Positions 17,861 to 30,108 of a stretch of DNA of 55,477 nucleotides are shown one piece after another. The stretch covers positions 1 through 55,477 of the forward strand of contig DATBSZ010000231.1 of the NCBI GenBank assembly GCA_036559525.1, in the 5' to 3' direction. Positions within the stretch are counted from its first letter, which is position 1. Each line of letters starts with the position of its first letter. Position numbers and translations under genes: made by a program. The notes beneath the pieces were generated by a model. That model saw only the letters and a program-made list of their open reading frames with translations, searched no databases and was not told the DNA's origin. The DNA is from Burkholderiales bacterium. GTDB taxonomy: Bacteria > Pseudomonadota > Gammaproteobacteria > Burkholderiales > SG8-39.

Positions 17861-18649
17861 TCAGCGGAACGAGCCGAAGCGTCCCAGCTCGTTCAGGTTG
17901 AGCCAGATGAAGAACGCCTTGCCGACGATGTTGGCGTCGGGCACGAAACCCCAGACGCGGCTGTCGCTCGAGTTGTCCCGGTTGTCGCCCATCACGAAGT
18001 AGTGCCCCGGCGGCACCGTGCACGCCAGGCCGTTCGTATTGTAGTTGCAATTTCCGGCGAACGGGAACGCGCGGCCCGGCATCATCGACGGCGGCGAGTC
18101 CTCGTCGAGCAATATTTCATGTTCGACGCCGTTCACCGTCTCGACGTAGCGGCGCGAGAACTGCATGCGCTCCTTCGACAAGTAGTCGTCGACCTGCCGG
18201 GTGGGCACCGGCGTGCCGTTGATCGAGAGCCGCTTGTTGCGGTACTCGAGGCGGTCTCCGGGGATCGCGACCACGCGCTTGATGTAGTCGAGCGACGGAT
18301 CTTCCGGGAAGCGGAACACCATCACGTCGCCGCGCTCCGGGCTGCCGAGCTCGACCACTTTCACGTTGGCCACCGGCAGCCGGATGCCGTAGGTGTACTT
18401 GTTCACGAGGATGAAGTCGCCAACCAGCAGCGTCGGCACCATCGAGCTCGACGGGATCTTGAACGGCTCGATCAGGAACGAGCGCAGCAGGAACACGATC
18501 AGGATCACCGGGAAGAAGCTCACCGAGTACTCGACCCACCAGGGCTGCTTCGCGTGCTGGGCGCGGGAGCGGCGCAGCCAGAGCATCTCCATGGCCCAGA
18601 CGCCGCCGGTGACCACCAGCAGGATGAGAAGAAATAGGGCGAAGTTCAC
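17861..18649 (-). CDS. lepB: Signal peptidase I
   Basis: Motifs IPSSSMVPTL, GDNRDNSSDSR and VVAIPGD. Confidence 0.95.
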   Translation of the reverse strand: MNFALFLLILLVVTGGVWAMEMLWLRRSRAQHAKQPWWVEYSVSFFPVILIVFLLRSFLIEPFKIPSSSMVPTLLVGDFILVNKYTYGIRLPVANVKVVELGSPERGDVMVFRFPEDPSLDYIKRVVAIPGDRLEYRNKRLSINGTPVPTRQVDDYLSKERMQFSRRYVETVNGVEHEILLDEDSPPSMMPGRAFPFAGNCNYNTNGLACTVPPGHYFVMGDNRDNSSDSRVWGFVPDANIVGKAFFIWLNLNELGRFGSFR

Positions 18650-18677
18650 AACGGCAGCGCGAAGTTCAACGGCGCAT

Positions 18678-20477
<1,800 letters not shown>

Positions 20478-20493
20478 AGAAAAGCCCGCGATT

Positions 20494-20694
20494 CTAGCGC
20501 AGCTTGGCGATCGCCTCGGGAGTCAGGCGATGCTTGAGAACGACATCCTTGTAAACGAGGACCGGCAGGTCGCGGCCGTACTGCAGACGCAGGTGCGGAT
20601 CGGTGTCGACGTCGATTTCGTCGAAGGCGATGCCGAGCGCACGCAGCCCGGCTGCCATCTCCTCGCAGAGATGGCAGCCGCTGCGGCTGTACAA
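20494..20694 (-). CDS. Glutaredoxin-like small thioredoxin-fold protein (DUF836-like)
   Basis: 66 aa with a CHLC redox motif near the N-terminus and a TTG start just after the degP stop. Confidence 0.6.
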   Translation of the reverse strand: MYSRSGCHLCEEMAAGLRALGIAFDEIDVDTDPHLRLQYGRDLPVLVYKDVVLKHRLTPEAIAKLR

Positions 20695-20695
20695 C

Positions 20696-22147
20696 CTAGC
20701 CCTTGTCAGTGAGGCCCGAGATGGTGACGAACGCGGTGCTCTCGCCGCGGCGGACCTGCAGGGTGATGACGGCGTTCTTGTCGAGCCCGGCGAGCAGCTT
20801 GTTGAATTGCTCGACGGTCTTGAGCTCGGTGTGCTGTCCCTTGTGCACCATGGTGAGCAACACGTCGCCCTTGCGCACGTCGGCCTTCGAGTCTGGCCGC
20901 ACGTCGGTCACCACCAGGCCGCCGGTCACGCCGAGCCCCTTCCTCTGCTCGGCGGAGAGCTCGCCGACCACGATGCCGAGGCGGTTCGCCGGCGCCTCGG
21001 CCTGGGGCTTGCTGCGCCCCGGCGTGGTGCTGGAGGCGACGCGGTCTTCCTGCAGCTCGGCGACCGTGATGTTGAGCTTCTGCGTCTTGCCCCTGCGCCA
21101 AACTTCCAGCGCCGACTGCGAACCCGGCCGGGTCGAGCCGACGATGCGCGGCAGGTCGCTCGAGCTCTCGACCTGCTTGCTGTCGAAGGAAAGGATGATG
21201 TCGGTCGCCTCGATGCCCGCCTTGTCCGCGGGGCTGCCCTTCTCCACCGAGTTCACCAGCGCGCCGCGCGGCCGGTCGAGGCCGAACGAAGTGGCGAGGT
21301 CGCGCGTCACCTCCTGGATCACGACGCCGATGCGGCCGCGGGAAACCCGGCCCTTCTCGCGCAGCTGCTTCTGGATGTCGAGCGCGACGTCGATCGGGAT
21401 CGCGAACGACAGCCCCATGAAGCCGCCGGTGCGGCTGTAGATCTGCGAGTTGATTCCGACCACCTCGCCGCGCATGTTGAACAGCGGCCCGCCCGAGTTG
21501 CCCGGGTTGATCGCGACGTCGGTCTGGATGAAGGGCACGAAGTTCTCCTGCGGCAGCGAGCGGCCCTTCGCGCTCACGATGCCCGCGGTGACCGTGTTCT
21601 CGAAGCCGAACGGCGAGCCGATCGCCACCACCCATTCGCCGACCTTGAGCTTGGTCGGGTCGCCGAACTTCACCGCGGGCAGCGATGCGGCCTCGATCTT
21701 GATCACCGCGATGTCCGTGCGCCGGTCGGCGCCGATCACCTTCGCCTTGAACTCGCGCTTGTCGGTGAAGCGCACCGTGATCTCGTCCGCGCCTTCCACC
21801 ACGTGCGCGTTGGTGAGGATGTAGCCGTCGGCGCTGATGATGAACCCCGAGCCGAGCGAGCGCGCCTCGGGCTGGCGCGGGCCCTGGCCGGGCCCGGGTT
21901 GCTGGCGCGGGATGAAGCGGCGGAAGAACTCGAGCACTTCCTCGTCCTCGATCCCCGGCACCTGGGGCGCGGCGCCGCTGCGACGCACCGCCTGCGTGGT
22001 GCTGATGTTCACGACTGCATTGCCCTGGTCGTCGACCAGGCGGGTGAAGTCGGGCAGCTCGCGCACCGCCTGGGACAATGCGGGCGCGGGCGCGGCGGCG
22101 CAGAAGACGGCCAGCCAGAGGGTGACGACGGCTCTCACTGCGTTCAT
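20696..22147 (-). CDS. degP: Do-family periplasmic serine endoprotease (DegP/MucD)
   Basis: ATG 22147 with a GGGAGA Shine-Dalgarno and a signal peptide. Catalytic motifs TNAHVV, DIAVIK and GNSGGPL, plus two PDZ domains. Confidence 0.93.
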   Translation of the reverse strand: MNAVRAVVTLWLAVFCAAAPAPALSQAVRELPDFTRLVDDQGNAVVNISTTQAVRRSGAAPQVPGIEDEEVLEFFRRFIPRQQPGPGQGPRQPEARSLGSGFIISADGYILTNAHVVEGADEITVRFTDKREFKAKVIGADRRTDIAVIKIEAASLPAVKFGDPTKLKVGEWVVAIGSPFGFENTVTAGIVSAKGRSLPQENFVPFIQTDVAINPGNSGGPLFNMRGEVVGINSQIYSRTGGFMGLSFAIPIDVALDIQKQLREKGRVSRGRIGVVIQEVTRDLATSFGLDRPRGALVNSVEKGSPADKAGIEATDIILSFDSKQVESSSDLPRIVGSTRPGSQSALEVWRRGKTQKLNITVAELQEDRVASSTTPGRSKPQAEAPANRLGIVVGELSAEQRKGLGVTGGLVVTDVRPDSKADVRKGDVLLTMVHKGQHTELKTVEQFNKLLAGLDKNAVITLQVRRGESTAFVTISGLTDKG

Positions 22148-22163
22148 CTTAATCTCCCAAAGA

Positions 22164-23108
22164 CTACTGCGGCCGGCGATATTCGACGGCGTTCGCAATG
22201 CGCTGCACGCTCGCCGCCGGCGCCTCGCCGACCACGGTCACCATGTGATTGGCGACCTCGCGCGTATAGATGTGGATCGCGCCCATGCTGGAAAGCCCGG
22301 TGCGCACCGGGTCGCTGCGTCCCTCGAGCGATTCGATGAACACCGAGACCGCCGCCAGGCCGTCCGAGTACACGACCTGCCCGGCCGTACGCGATTCGCC
22401 AAGCCTTCGTTTCAATTCAACGATTTTTTGAAAACCGGGAAGCTCGCTCGAGAGGCCCCAGCCGGCCAGGCGCGCCGGCGCGGCTTCCGTGTCCTCGGTG
22501 CGCCAGCTGCGCGAGGCATGGCGCGACTTCACCATCTCCCGGCTCACGCCCCCGATGGTGAGCTGGGTGAACGTGAACTGCTCGACCTGCTCGCCGGCGG
22601 CATCGACGGTCACCGCCCTGAGGAGCATCCCGCTATTGGTGTCGGCGTAGAGCCGGTAGCCGTAGCGCAGGTTGTCCCGGGGCGTGAGCACGACCGCCTG
22701 GCAGTCGAAGTTGGCGATGCGGCGCGTCTCGCCAAGGCTGATGTCGTAGTGGCGCGCGAGCGCCGTGATGCGCTCAGGCAGGAGCGCCGGGAAATCGCGC
22801 TCCGTGCGCCGGTCGACCTTCACCAGGCGCAGGCCCGGCAGGTAGCAGCGCACCGTGTCCTTGGTGCGCACGATCTCGCGCGGCATCCCGTCCAGGACTT
22901 CGAGCTTCTCGATGTCGCCCGAGGCGTCGACGTAGCGCGTGATGCGTGAGGTCTCGCTGCGGGGGCCGTTCTGGTAGACGAAGGTCCCGGTGTAGGAAAG
23001 CTTCTGGGTGGCGTCGTGCATCTTGCGCAGCCAGCCGAGGGTTTCGGGCGACTGGGCCTGCGCCGCTCCCGAGCCCAGGGCGACCGCGATCAGAAAAGCC
23101 CGCAGCAT
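22164..23108 (-). CDS. rseB: Sigma-E regulatory protein RseB/MucB
   Basis: 314 aa with a signal peptide. MucB_RseB-like (LSYTGTFVYQNG...). The ATG overlaps the rseA TAA (TAATG). Confidence 0.88.
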   Translation of the reverse strand: MLRAFLIAVALGSGAAQAQSPETLGWLRKMHDATQKLSYTGTFVYQNGPRSETSRITRYVDASGDIEKLEVLDGMPREIVRTKDTVRCYLPGLRLVKVDRRTERDFPALLPERITALARHYDISLGETRRIANFDCQAVVLTPRDNLRYGYRLYADTNSGMLLRAVTVDAAGEQVEQFTFTQLTIGGVSREMVKSRHASRSWRTEDTEAAPARLAGWGLSSELPGFQKIVELKRRLGESRTAGQVVYSDGLAAVSVFIESLEGRSDPVRTGLSSMGAIHIYTREVANHMVTVVGEAPAASVQRIANAVEYRRPQ

Positions 23109-23614
23109 TACCGGCGCGGCTCCACGGCCTGCTCGGAGACCGTGCGCACGTACGGCACCATGCCCTGCAGCGACACCCGTGGCGAGAAGCCCTGATGCGC
23201 CAACAGATAGTCATTCGCCGCGGTGGGCAGCGGGACGATGTTGGGCTTGGCCTCAGGCTGGGCCTGCGCCACCGGCGTTGGCCCGGGCGCAACCTGGGGC
23301 TGCGGCGCGAACGCCATCCACCCGACCAGCGCCACGGCTGCGAGGCTGGCGGCCGCGGAAAGCGCGAACCACCTGCGGGGTTCAGCAGGCAGCGCGCGCG
23401 GCGCGAGCACCGTCGGCTCGGCGGCCAGGCGCGCGGAAAGCCGCGCGGCGAAGCCCCCGGAGAGCGGCCGTCCCCCGCGCATCGAGTCGCCGATCATGTG
23501 GTAGGTACCCCAGGCTTGGCGCGCCTCGCGGTCGCGTCCCAGCGCTTCGAGCACTGCGGCGGCGGACCGGTCGTCCAGCTCGCCGTCCATCAACTCCGAG
23601 AGCCTTTCCTTCAT
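23108..23614 (-). CDS. rseA: Anti-sigma-E factor RseA/MucA
   Basis: N-terminus MKERLSELMDGELD...WGTYHMIGD, a central TM helix, and the position between rpoE and rseB. Confidence 0.85.
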   Translation of the reverse strand: MKERLSELMDGELDDRSAAAVLEALGRDREARQAWGTYHMIGDSMRGGRPLSGGFAARLSARLAAEPTVLAPRALPAEPRRWFALSAAASLAAVALVGWMAFAPQPQVAPGPTPVAQAQPEAKPNIVPLPTAANDYLLAHQGFSPRVSLQGMVPYVRTVSEQAVEPRR

Positions 23615-23618
23615 ACCC

Positions 23619-24218
23619 CTACCACCTCTGGTCTTTCCGTGTATCCAACAGCGGCCTGAGCTGCTCCGCGATCGCCTCGCGCGCCCGAAAGATCCTCGAG
23701 CGAACGGTCCCGATCGGGCAATTCATCGCCTGCGCGATATCTTCGTAGCTCATCCCTTCAATCTCGCGCATCTGAATCGCCCTGCGCAGCTCCTCGGGCA
23801 AACCCTCGATCGTGGAATTCACCGTCTCCGCGATCTCGTTCGACAGCAGCACGCTCTCCGGCGTGTTGATGTCGCGCAACTGCTCGCCCTCCTCGAACCC
23901 TTCCGCCTCTTCGGCCTCTACCTCGGTCGAGGTCGGCGCCCGCCGACCCATGGCCATGAGATAGTTTTTGGCCGTATTAATTCCAATCCGGTAAAGCCAC
24001 GTATAGAACGCGGAGTCGCCTCGGAACGCGGGGAGGGCCCTATAAGCCTTGATGAACGCCTCCTGCGTCACGTCCTCGACCTCTGCCGGGTCGCGGATGA
24101 AGCGTGACAGCAGGCGCGCCAGCTTGCGCTGGTACTTTTCGACAAGCAGCTCGAAGGCCTGCTTGTCGCCGCCTTGCGCCCTTGCAACCAGCTGACGGTC
24201 GATCTCCCGGTCAGTCAT
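23619..24218 (-). CDS. rpoE: RNA polymerase sigma-E (ECF) factor
   Basis: Region 2 (QEAFIKAYRAL..FYTWLYRI) and region 4 (MSYEDIAQAMNCPIGTVRSRIFRAR). Confidence 0.95.
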   Translation of the reverse strand: MTDREIDRQLVARAQGGDKQAFELLVEKYQRKLARLLSRFIRDPAEVEDVTQEAFIKAYRALPAFRGDSAFYTWLYRIGINTAKNYLMAMGRRAPTSTEVEAEEAEGFEEGEQLRDINTPESVLLSNEIAETVNSTIEGLPEELRRAIQMREIEGMSYEDIAQAMNCPIGTVRSRIFRAREAIAEQLRPLLDTRKDQRW

Positions 24219-24322
24219 GCAACCTGCACCTGACCGGAACTTCGATCGGCAACGGCACCAGGGACGCGCAGCGAGGGCTCCCCACCCCCGGACTCACATC
24301 CGGTTTCCTACGCCTATGTGCC

Positions 24323-24349
24323 ACAGACACACGCACTTTGAAATAGTTC
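24323..24349 (-). promoter_or_regulatory. Putative sigma-E-dependent autoregulated promoter of rpoE
   Basis: The minus strand reads GAACTA-N16-TCTGT. Compare the AlgU/RpoE consensus GAACTT-N16/17-TCTGA (from memory). It lies about 105 nt upstream of the rpoE ATG. Confidence 0.45.
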
Positions 24350-24370
24350 GAAGCCTTCCTCGCGTCCGAG

Positions 24371-24808
24371 TCAGGCCGGCAGTTGTTTGGCCGCCACGGG
24401 CAGCCTGCCCCAGAGCGCCCAGAGGCGAAGTCGGCGGAACTCCTCGGCGCCGAGCATGTCGCGCGCGACCAGGATGGTGCGGCGCATCGGGCGCCGCAAC
24501 GGCAGCGTCACCATCATTCGGCTGACGTGGCGGGCCGGGCCGAGCTCGGCCTGGACCCGGCGGCCATCTTTCAGCTCGAGGAGAATTTCATTCCTTGACA
24601 ATTCCAGGGCTCGGACCGACGCCTTCGATCCATGGAGCGCGCGAGCCCAGGCGGCCGCCATGCCGAGCGCCAGGAAAGCCGCGCCCAGCGCGTAGCCGAG
24701 AGCAGTTCCCATCACCGTGATCACCGATGCCGCTGCGGCGGCGTGCAACGCCAGGATCGCGCCGGCCAGACCCCAGGAGCGGGAAAGCTCCAGGCGCGTG
24801 CCGCTCAA
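24371..24808 (-). CDS. YgfX/CptA-like small inner-membrane protein
   Basis: 145 aa from TTG 24808, which overlaps the fabF TGA (TTGA). LELSRSWGLAG, then 2 TM helices, then ...EILLELKDGRRV...MMVTLPLRRP..ILVARDMLGAEEFRRLRL parallels E. coli YgfX (from memory). In the track it is hidden inside a 335-aa over-extended ORF. Confidence 0.5.
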   Translation of the reverse strand: MSGTRLELSRSWGLAGAILALHAAAAASVITVMGTALGYALGAAFLALGMAAAWARALHGSKASVRALELSRNEILLELKDGRRVQAELGPARHVSRMMVTLPLRRPMRRTILVARDMLGAEEFRRLRLWALWGRLPVAAKQLPA

Positions 24809-26043
24809 GGCCGCGCCATAACGAGGGTCGCGTTGGTGCCGCCGAAGCCGAACGAGTTGGAGAGCGCGACGCGAATCGGCATCTTGCGCGCGACGTTCGG
24901 AACGTAGTCGAGGTCGCACTCGGGGTCGGGCGTGCGCAGGTTGATGGTCGGCGGCGAGACCTGGTCGCGGATGGCGAGCGCGGTGAACACCGCTTCGATA
25001 CCGCCGGCGGCGCCGAGCAGGTGTCCGGTCATCGATTTGGTCGAGTTCACGGCGACGCTTCCGGCATGCGCGCCCAGCACGCGCTTCACCGCCTTGGTCT
25101 CGGCGATGTCGCCGAGCGGTGTGGAGGTGCCGTGCGCGTTGATGTAGTCGATGGCGCTGGGCTCGATTGCGGCGTCTTTCATGGCGTTGCGCATGCAGCG
25201 GAACGCGCCGTCGCCGTCCTCGCTGGGCGCGGTCATGTGGTACGCGTCGGCCGACAGGCCGTAGCCGATGAGCTCGCAGTAGATGTGCGCGCCGCGCGCT
25301 TTCGCCTGCTCGTACTCCTCGAGCACCACCGCGCCCGCGCCCTCGCCGAGCACGAAGCCGTCGCGCTCCTTGTCCCACGGCCGGCTCGCGGTCGTGGGAT
25401 CGTCATTGCGCGTCGAGAGGGCGCGCGCCGAGGCGAAGCCGCCGACGGCGAGCTCGGTCACCACCGCCTCCGAGCCGCCGGCGATCATGGTGTCGGCCTC
25501 GCCGTAGCGGATCGACTTCATCGCCTCGCCGATGCAATGGGTCGAGGTGGTGCAGGCGGTCACCATCGCCACGTTCGGGCCCTTGGCGCCGATCTCGATC
25601 GACAGGAGCCCCGCGGTCATGTTGATGATGCTGCCGGGAATGAAGAACGGCGAGAGACGCCGCGGTCCCTTCTGTTCGAGCTCGTGGTGCTGCGCCTCGA
25701 TCAGCGGCAGGCCGCCGATGCCGGAGCCGAAATTGATGCCGATGCGCTCTGCGTTCTGCGGCGTCACCTGCAGCCCGGCCTCGCGCCACGCCTGCAGCCC
25801 CGCAGCCATGCCGTAGTGGATGAAGACATCCATGCGCCGCGCTTCCTTCGGCGACATGTACGGCGCGACGTCGAAGCCCTTCACCTCGCCCGCGATCTGG
25901 CTCGCGAGGCGCGAAGGATCGAAGCGCGTGATGCGGGTGATGCCGGATTTCCCGGCGAGGGCGCTGGCCCAGGCGTCAGCGACGGTATTTCCGATCGGGC
26001 TGACGATTCCCAGCCCGGTGACCACGACTCTGCGTCGATTCAC
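24805..26043 (-). CDS. fabF: 3-oxoacyl-ACP synthase II
   Basis: 412 aa. Active-site context ACTTSTHCIG, HGTSTPLGD and NSFGFGGTN. The GTG start abuts the acpP stop. Confidence 0.97.
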   Translation of the reverse strand: MNRRRVVVTGLGIVSPIGNTVADAWASALAGKSGITRITRFDPSRLASQIAGEVKGFDVAPYMSPKEARRMDVFIHYGMAAGLQAWREAGLQVTPQNAERIGINFGSGIGGLPLIEAQHHELEQKGPRRLSPFFIPGSIINMTAGLLSIEIGAKGPNVAMVTACTTSTHCIGEAMKSIRYGEADTMIAGGSEAVVTELAVGGFASARALSTRNDDPTTASRPWDKERDGFVLGEGAGAVVLEEYEQAKARGAHIYCELIGYGLSADAYHMTAPSEDGDGAFRCMRNAMKDAAIEPSAIDYINAHGTSTPLGDIAETKAVKRVLGAHAGSVAVNSTKSMTGHLLGAAGGIEAVFTALAIRDQVSPPTINLRTPDPECDLDYVPNVARKMPIRVALSNSFGFGGTNATLVMARP

Positions 26044-26283
26044 TTACGACTTTGCGTGGGCCTTGATGTAGTCCACGGCTTGCTGCACGGTGGTGATCTT
26101 CTCCGCCTCCTCGTCCGGGATCTCGGTCTCGAACTCCTCCTCGAGCGCCATCACCAGCTCCACCGTGTCGAGCGAATCGGCGCCCAGGTCGTCCACGAAC
26201 GACGAATCGTTCTTGATCTCGCCCTCGTTCACGCCGAGCTGCTCGGCGATGATCTTTCTCACTCTTTGTTCGACGTTTTCCAT
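26044..26283 (-). CDS. acpP: Acyl carrier protein
   Basis: 79 aa with the [12 protein letters not shown] phosphopantetheine site. Confidence 0.98.
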   Translation of the reverse strand: MENVEQRVRKIIAEQLGVNEGEIKNDSSFVDDLGADSLDTVELVMALEEEFETEIPDEEAEKITTVQQAVDYIKAHAKS

Positions 26284-26313
26284 CGCGGCTCCTTCCCGAA
26301 GAGGGGGCGTATT

Positions 26314-27033
26314 TTACGACATGTACATGCCGCCGTTGACGTGCAGGACCGCGCCCGTCACGTAGCCGCCGCCGGGCGAGGCTAGATAGGCCACCGCGGC
26401 GGCGACGTCCTGCGCGGAGCCCAGGCGGCCCAGCGGGATGTTCTCGAGCAGGACCTTGCGCTGCTCGTCAGACAGCGCGCGCGTCATGTCGGTGTCGATG
26501 AAGCCCGGCGCGACGCAGTTGACCGTGATGTTGCGGCTGCCGAGCTCCCGCGCGAGCGATTTCGTCATTCCCACCACGCCCGCCTTTGCCGCGGCGTAGT
26601 TCGCCTGCCCGGCATTGCCGGCGGCGCCCACGACCGACGTAATGTTGATGATCCGGCCCCAGCGCGCCTTGATCATCGCGCGCATCACCTTGCGCGACAG
26701 AAGCCAGACGGCGCGCAGGTTGGTCTCGATGACCTCGTCCCAGTCCGCGTCTTTCATGCGCAGCGCCAGGTTGTCGCGCGTGATCCCGGCGTTGTTCACC
26801 AGGATCGCGATGTCGCCGACTTCCTTCTGGATCGACTCGACGAGCGCGTCGCACTGGGCCGCGTCGCGGACGTTCAGGACCCGCCCGTTTATCGGGGCGT
26901 TTATCTTTTTGGCGCCCTCCGCCGTCGTGGAAGTGCCGATCACCCGGGCGCCCTGCCGGCCGAGCTCTTCCGCGATCGCATGGCCGATGCCGCGCGACGC
27001 ACCCGTCACCAACGCGATTTTTCCTTCTAACAT
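26314..27033 (-). CDS. fabG: 3-oxoacyl-ACP reductase
   Basis: ATG 27033. Motifs TGASRGIG, NNAG and YAAAKAG. Confidence 0.95.
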   Translation of the reverse strand: MLEGKIALVTGASRGIGHAIAEELGRQGARVIGTSTTAEGAKKINAPINGRVLNVRDAAQCDALVESIQKEVGDIAILVNNAGITRDNLALRMKDADWDEVIETNLRAVWLLSRKVMRAMIKARWGRIINITSVVGAAGNAGQANYAAAKAGVVGMTKSLARELGSRNITVNCVAPGFIDTDMTRALSDEQRKVLLENIPLGRLGSAQDVAAAVAYLASPGGGYVTGAVLHVNGGMYMS

Positions 27034-27944
27034 TTCAAGGCCTCTTCGAGAGAAGCGCGATCCGCGGCAGCGAGCGACTTGACCCCCGGCGCGATGCGCT
27101 TGGTCATGCCCGAGAGCACCTTGCCCGGGCCGCATTCGACGATGTGCGTGACGCCCGAATCCGCCATTCGGCGGATGGTCTCCACCCAGCGCACCGGCGA
27201 TGCCGCCTGGCGCACGAGCGCCTGTCGGATTTTTCCGGGCTCGTTTTCCACGGCGACGTCGACGTTGTTCACCACGGCGATCTTCGGCGCCGTCAGCGCT
27301 GCCTTTTCCAGGTAAGTCTTCAGCTTGTCGGCCGCGGGCCGCATCAGCGTCGAGTGGAACGGCGCGCTCACCGGCAGCAGCATCGCCCGCTTGGCGCCCT
27401 TCGCCTTGCAGATCTCGATCGCGCGCTCGACCGCCGCTTTCTCTCCGGCGATGACGACCTGGCCGGGCGCATTGAAGTTCACCGCCTGCACCGCGCCGCC
27501 GGCCTGCGCGCAGGCGGCGCGCACCGCGTCGTCGTCGAGCATCAGGATCGCCGCCATCGCTCCCTGCCCTTCGGGAACCGCTTCCTGCATCGACTGCGCG
27601 CGAAAGCGCACGAGCGGCAGGCAGTCCTTGAAGCTCAACGCGCCCGCGGCGACCAAAGCGGTGTATTCGCCAAGACTGTGTCCGGCCACGAACTCGGGTT
27701 GCGGACCGCCAAGGCCGCGCCAGGCGCGATACGCCGCGTAGCCCGCGGTCACCATCGCCGGCTGCGTATTGACGGTCAGGGTCAGCTTCTCCGCCGGGCC
27801 TTCGTCCAGCAGCTTCACGAAGTCTTCGCCCAGCGCGGTCCTTGCCTCTGCCACGACCCCCTCGATTTCGGGAAGGCCCGCGTAGGCCTTCAGCATCCCC
27901 ACCGCCTGCGACCCCTGGCCGGGAAAGACCATGGCGAGCTTCAC
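27027..27944 (-). CDS. fabD: Malonyl CoA-ACP transacylase
   Basis: VFPGQGSQ and GHSLGEY. GTG 27944 overlaps the fabH TGA (GTGA). ATG 27932 is the alternative start. Confidence 0.93.
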   Translation of the reverse strand: MKLAMVFPGQGSQAVGMLKAYAGLPEIEGVVAEARTALGEDFVKLLDEGPAEKLTLTVNTQPAMVTAGYAAYRAWRGLGGPQPEFVAGHSLGEYTALVAAGALSFKDCLPLVRFRAQSMQEAVPEGQGAMAAILMLDDDAVRAACAQAGGAVQAVNFNAPGQVVIAGEKAAVERAIEICKAKGAKRAMLLPVSAPFHSTLMRPAADKLKTYLEKAALTAPKIAVVNNVDVAVENEPGKIRQALVRQAASPVRWVETIRRMADSGVTHIVECGPGKVLSGMTKRIAPGVKSLAAADRASLEEALKC

Positions 27945-28900
27945 ATCGTCACCAGGCTCGAGCCCCAGGTGAAGCCGCCGCCCACGCCTTGCAACAGCAC
28001 GCGGTGGCCGGGCCGGATCTTGCCGGCGCGCACGAATTCGTCCAGCGCGAGCGGCACCGAAGCCGCGGAGGTGTTGCCGTGGTGGTCCACCGTCACCACC
28101 AGCTTCGCCGGCGGCAGGCCGAGCTTGCGCGCCGTGGCGTCGAGAATGCGCACGTTCGCCTGGTGCGGGATCAGCCAATCGACGTCGGCGAGCTTCAGGC
28201 CGGCGGCGGCGACGGTCTCGCGCGCCGACTCGTCCAGCACTTTCACCGCGAACTTGAACACCGCCTGTCCGTTCATCTGCAGGAACGGCGAGCCGATCAC
28301 GGTGCCGCCGCACACGTTCCCGGGCACCGAGAGCATCCCCGCCTGGCTGCCGTCGGCTCGCAGCACGCTGGCATGGATTCCAGGGTTTTCGGAAGACACC
28401 AAAACCACTGCGCCGGCACCGTCGCCAAAGAGGACGCACGTGCCGCGGTCGTTCCAGTCGAGGATGCGCGAGAAGACCTCCGCGCCCACCACCAGGGCTT
28501 TCCTGTATTGACCAGACTTTATGAAGCTGTCCGCGGTGGCAAGCCCGTAGACGAACCCGCTGCACACTGCCTGCACGTCGAACGCCGCGCTGCCCTTGAC
28601 GCCGAGCTTTGCCTGCAGCAGGCACGCGGTGCTCGGGAACACGTAGTCCGGCGTGGACGTCGCCACCACGATCAAATCGATTTCACTTGCAGAAACACCT
28701 GAAGATTCCAAAGCGCGCCGGCTCGCCTCCAGCGCCAGGTCGCTCGACGCCTGCGACTTGTCGGCGATGTGGCGCTGGACGATGCCGGTGCGCTCGCGGA
28801 TCCAGGCATCGCTCGTGTCGAGCCGCGCCGCGAACTCGGCGTTGGTCATGACGCGCGGCGGTAGATAGCTGCCGGTACCGGCAATGCGCGAATAGATCAT
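27941..28900 (-). CDS. fabH: 3-oxoacyl-ACP synthase III
   Basis: 319 aa from ATG 28900 (ATGA overlap with plsX). Motifs AVCSGF, HQAN and GNTSAAS. Confidence 0.95.
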   Translation of the reverse strand: MIYSRIAGTGSYLPPRVMTNAEFAARLDTSDAWIRERTGIVQRHIADKSQASSDLALEASRRALESSGVSASEIDLIVVATSTPDYVFPSTACLLQAKLGVKGSAAFDVQAVCSGFVYGLATADSFIKSGQYRKALVVGAEVFSRILDWNDRGTCVLFGDGAGAVVLVSSENPGIHASVLRADGSQAGMLSVPGNVCGGTVIGSPFLQMNGQAVFKFAVKVLDESARETVAAAGLKLADVDWLIPHQANVRILDATARKLGLPPAKLVVTVDHHGNTSAASVPLALDEFVRAGKIRPGHRVLLQGVGGGFTWGSSLVTM

Positions 28901-29904
28901 TGAACCGGTTGCGGTTGCAGCTGGCTCATGCGCTCTGCGATGCGCTGCGGCACGTTGTTGCGCACCTCCTCGACCGCGCGCTCGAGCGCCTGGCCGAAGG
29001 CAAACACGTCGGCCGAGCCGTGGCTCTTGATGACGATGCCGCGCAGGCCGAGCAGGCTCGCGCCGTTGTAGCGCCGGGGATCGAGCCGCTCGCGGAAGGC
29101 GCGGATCACCGGCATCGCGACCAGCGCGGCCAGCTTGGTGAGCGGGTTGCGCGAGAACTCTTCGCGCATGGTCGTGGTCATCATCTGCGCCACGCCCTCC
29201 GAGGCCTTGAGCGCGACGTTGCCGACGAAGCCGTCGCACACCACGACGTCGACCGTGCCCTTGTAGATGTCGTCGCCTTCCACGTTGCCGACGAAATTGA
29301 GCCCGCTCCCGCGCAGCAGCACCGCCGCCTGCTTGACCGCCTCGTTGCCCTTGATGTCCTCGACGCCGATGTTGAGCAGGCCGACCGAGGGCCGCTCCTT
29401 GTGCTCCACCGCCGCGACCAGCATCGCGCCCATGATGGCGAACTGCAGCAGGTGCTCGGCGCCGCAGTCCACGTTGGCGCCGAGATCGAGCACGTAGGTG
29501 CTGGTGCGCCGCTGGTTGGGAAGCACGGTCGCGATTGCCGGGCGGTCGATCGCAGGCAGGGTCTTCAGCACGAAGCGCGAGATCGCCATCAGCGCGCCGG
29601 TGTTGCCGGCGCTCACGCAGGCGTGCGCCTCGCCGCTCTTCACCAGGTTGACCGCCACGCGCATCGACGAATCCTTCTTGTAGCGCAGCGCCTGCGCCGG
29701 GGGCTCGTCCATCGCGACGACCTCGCTGGCGGGGTAGACGCGCACGCGCGGGTTCGTTCCGGAAAGGTGGCTTTCGATTGCGTCGCGCTGGCCGACCAGG
29801 ACCACCTCGACGTCGGGCGTCCGCGCCTGAAACTCGAGCGCGGCCGGAACCGTCACATGGGCGCCGTGGTCGCCGCCCATGCAATCGACCGCAACCGTGA
29901 TCAA
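28897..29904 (-). CDS. plsX: Phosphate acyltransferase
   Basis: [14 protein letters not shown], with a TTG start 5 nt after the rpmF stop. Confidence 0.93.
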   Translation of the reverse strand: MITVAVDCMGGDHGAHVTVPAALEFQARTPDVEVVLVGQRDAIESHLSGTNPRVRVYPASEVVAMDEPPAQALRYKKDSSMRVAVNLVKSGEAHACVSAGNTGALMAISRFVLKTLPAIDRPAIATVLPNQRRTSTYVLDLGANVDCGAEHLLQFAIMGAMLVAAVEHKERPSVGLLNIGVEDIKGNEAVKQAAVLLRGSGLNFVGNVEGDDIYKGTVDVVVCDGFVGNVALKASEGVAQMMTTTMREEFSRNPLTKLAALVAMPVIRAFRERLDPRRYNGASLLGLRGIVIKSHGSADVFAFGQALERAVEEVRNNVPQRIAERMSQLQPQPVQ

Positions 29905-29909
29905 CGCGG

Positions 29910-30089
29910 CTACTCTTCCTGCGTCTTGACGACCTTCTTGCCGCGATAGAACCCGGTCGGGCTGACGTGGTGGCGCAGGTGCGTCTCGCCGCTGGTCGGC
30001 TCGACGGCGATCGCGGGCGCGCTCAGGTGATCGTGCGAGCGGCGCATGTTGCGCCGGGACGGCGACTTCTTGTTCTGGTGGACTGCCAT
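29910..30089 (-). CDS. rpmF: 50S ribosomal protein L32
   Basis: Hand translation: [59 protein letters not shown] (59 aa, below the track cutoff). Confidence 0.95.
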   Translation of the reverse strand: MAVHQNKKSPSRRNMRRSHDHLSAPAIAVEPTSGETHLRHHVSPTGFYRGKKVVKTQEE

Positions 30090-30108
30090 GTGTGCGACTC
30101 CTCTCTAA

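Noticed and set aside
24727-26385. 552-aa plus ORF across fabF/acpP
   Set aside because: It is antisense to fabF and acpP and has no recognisable domain.
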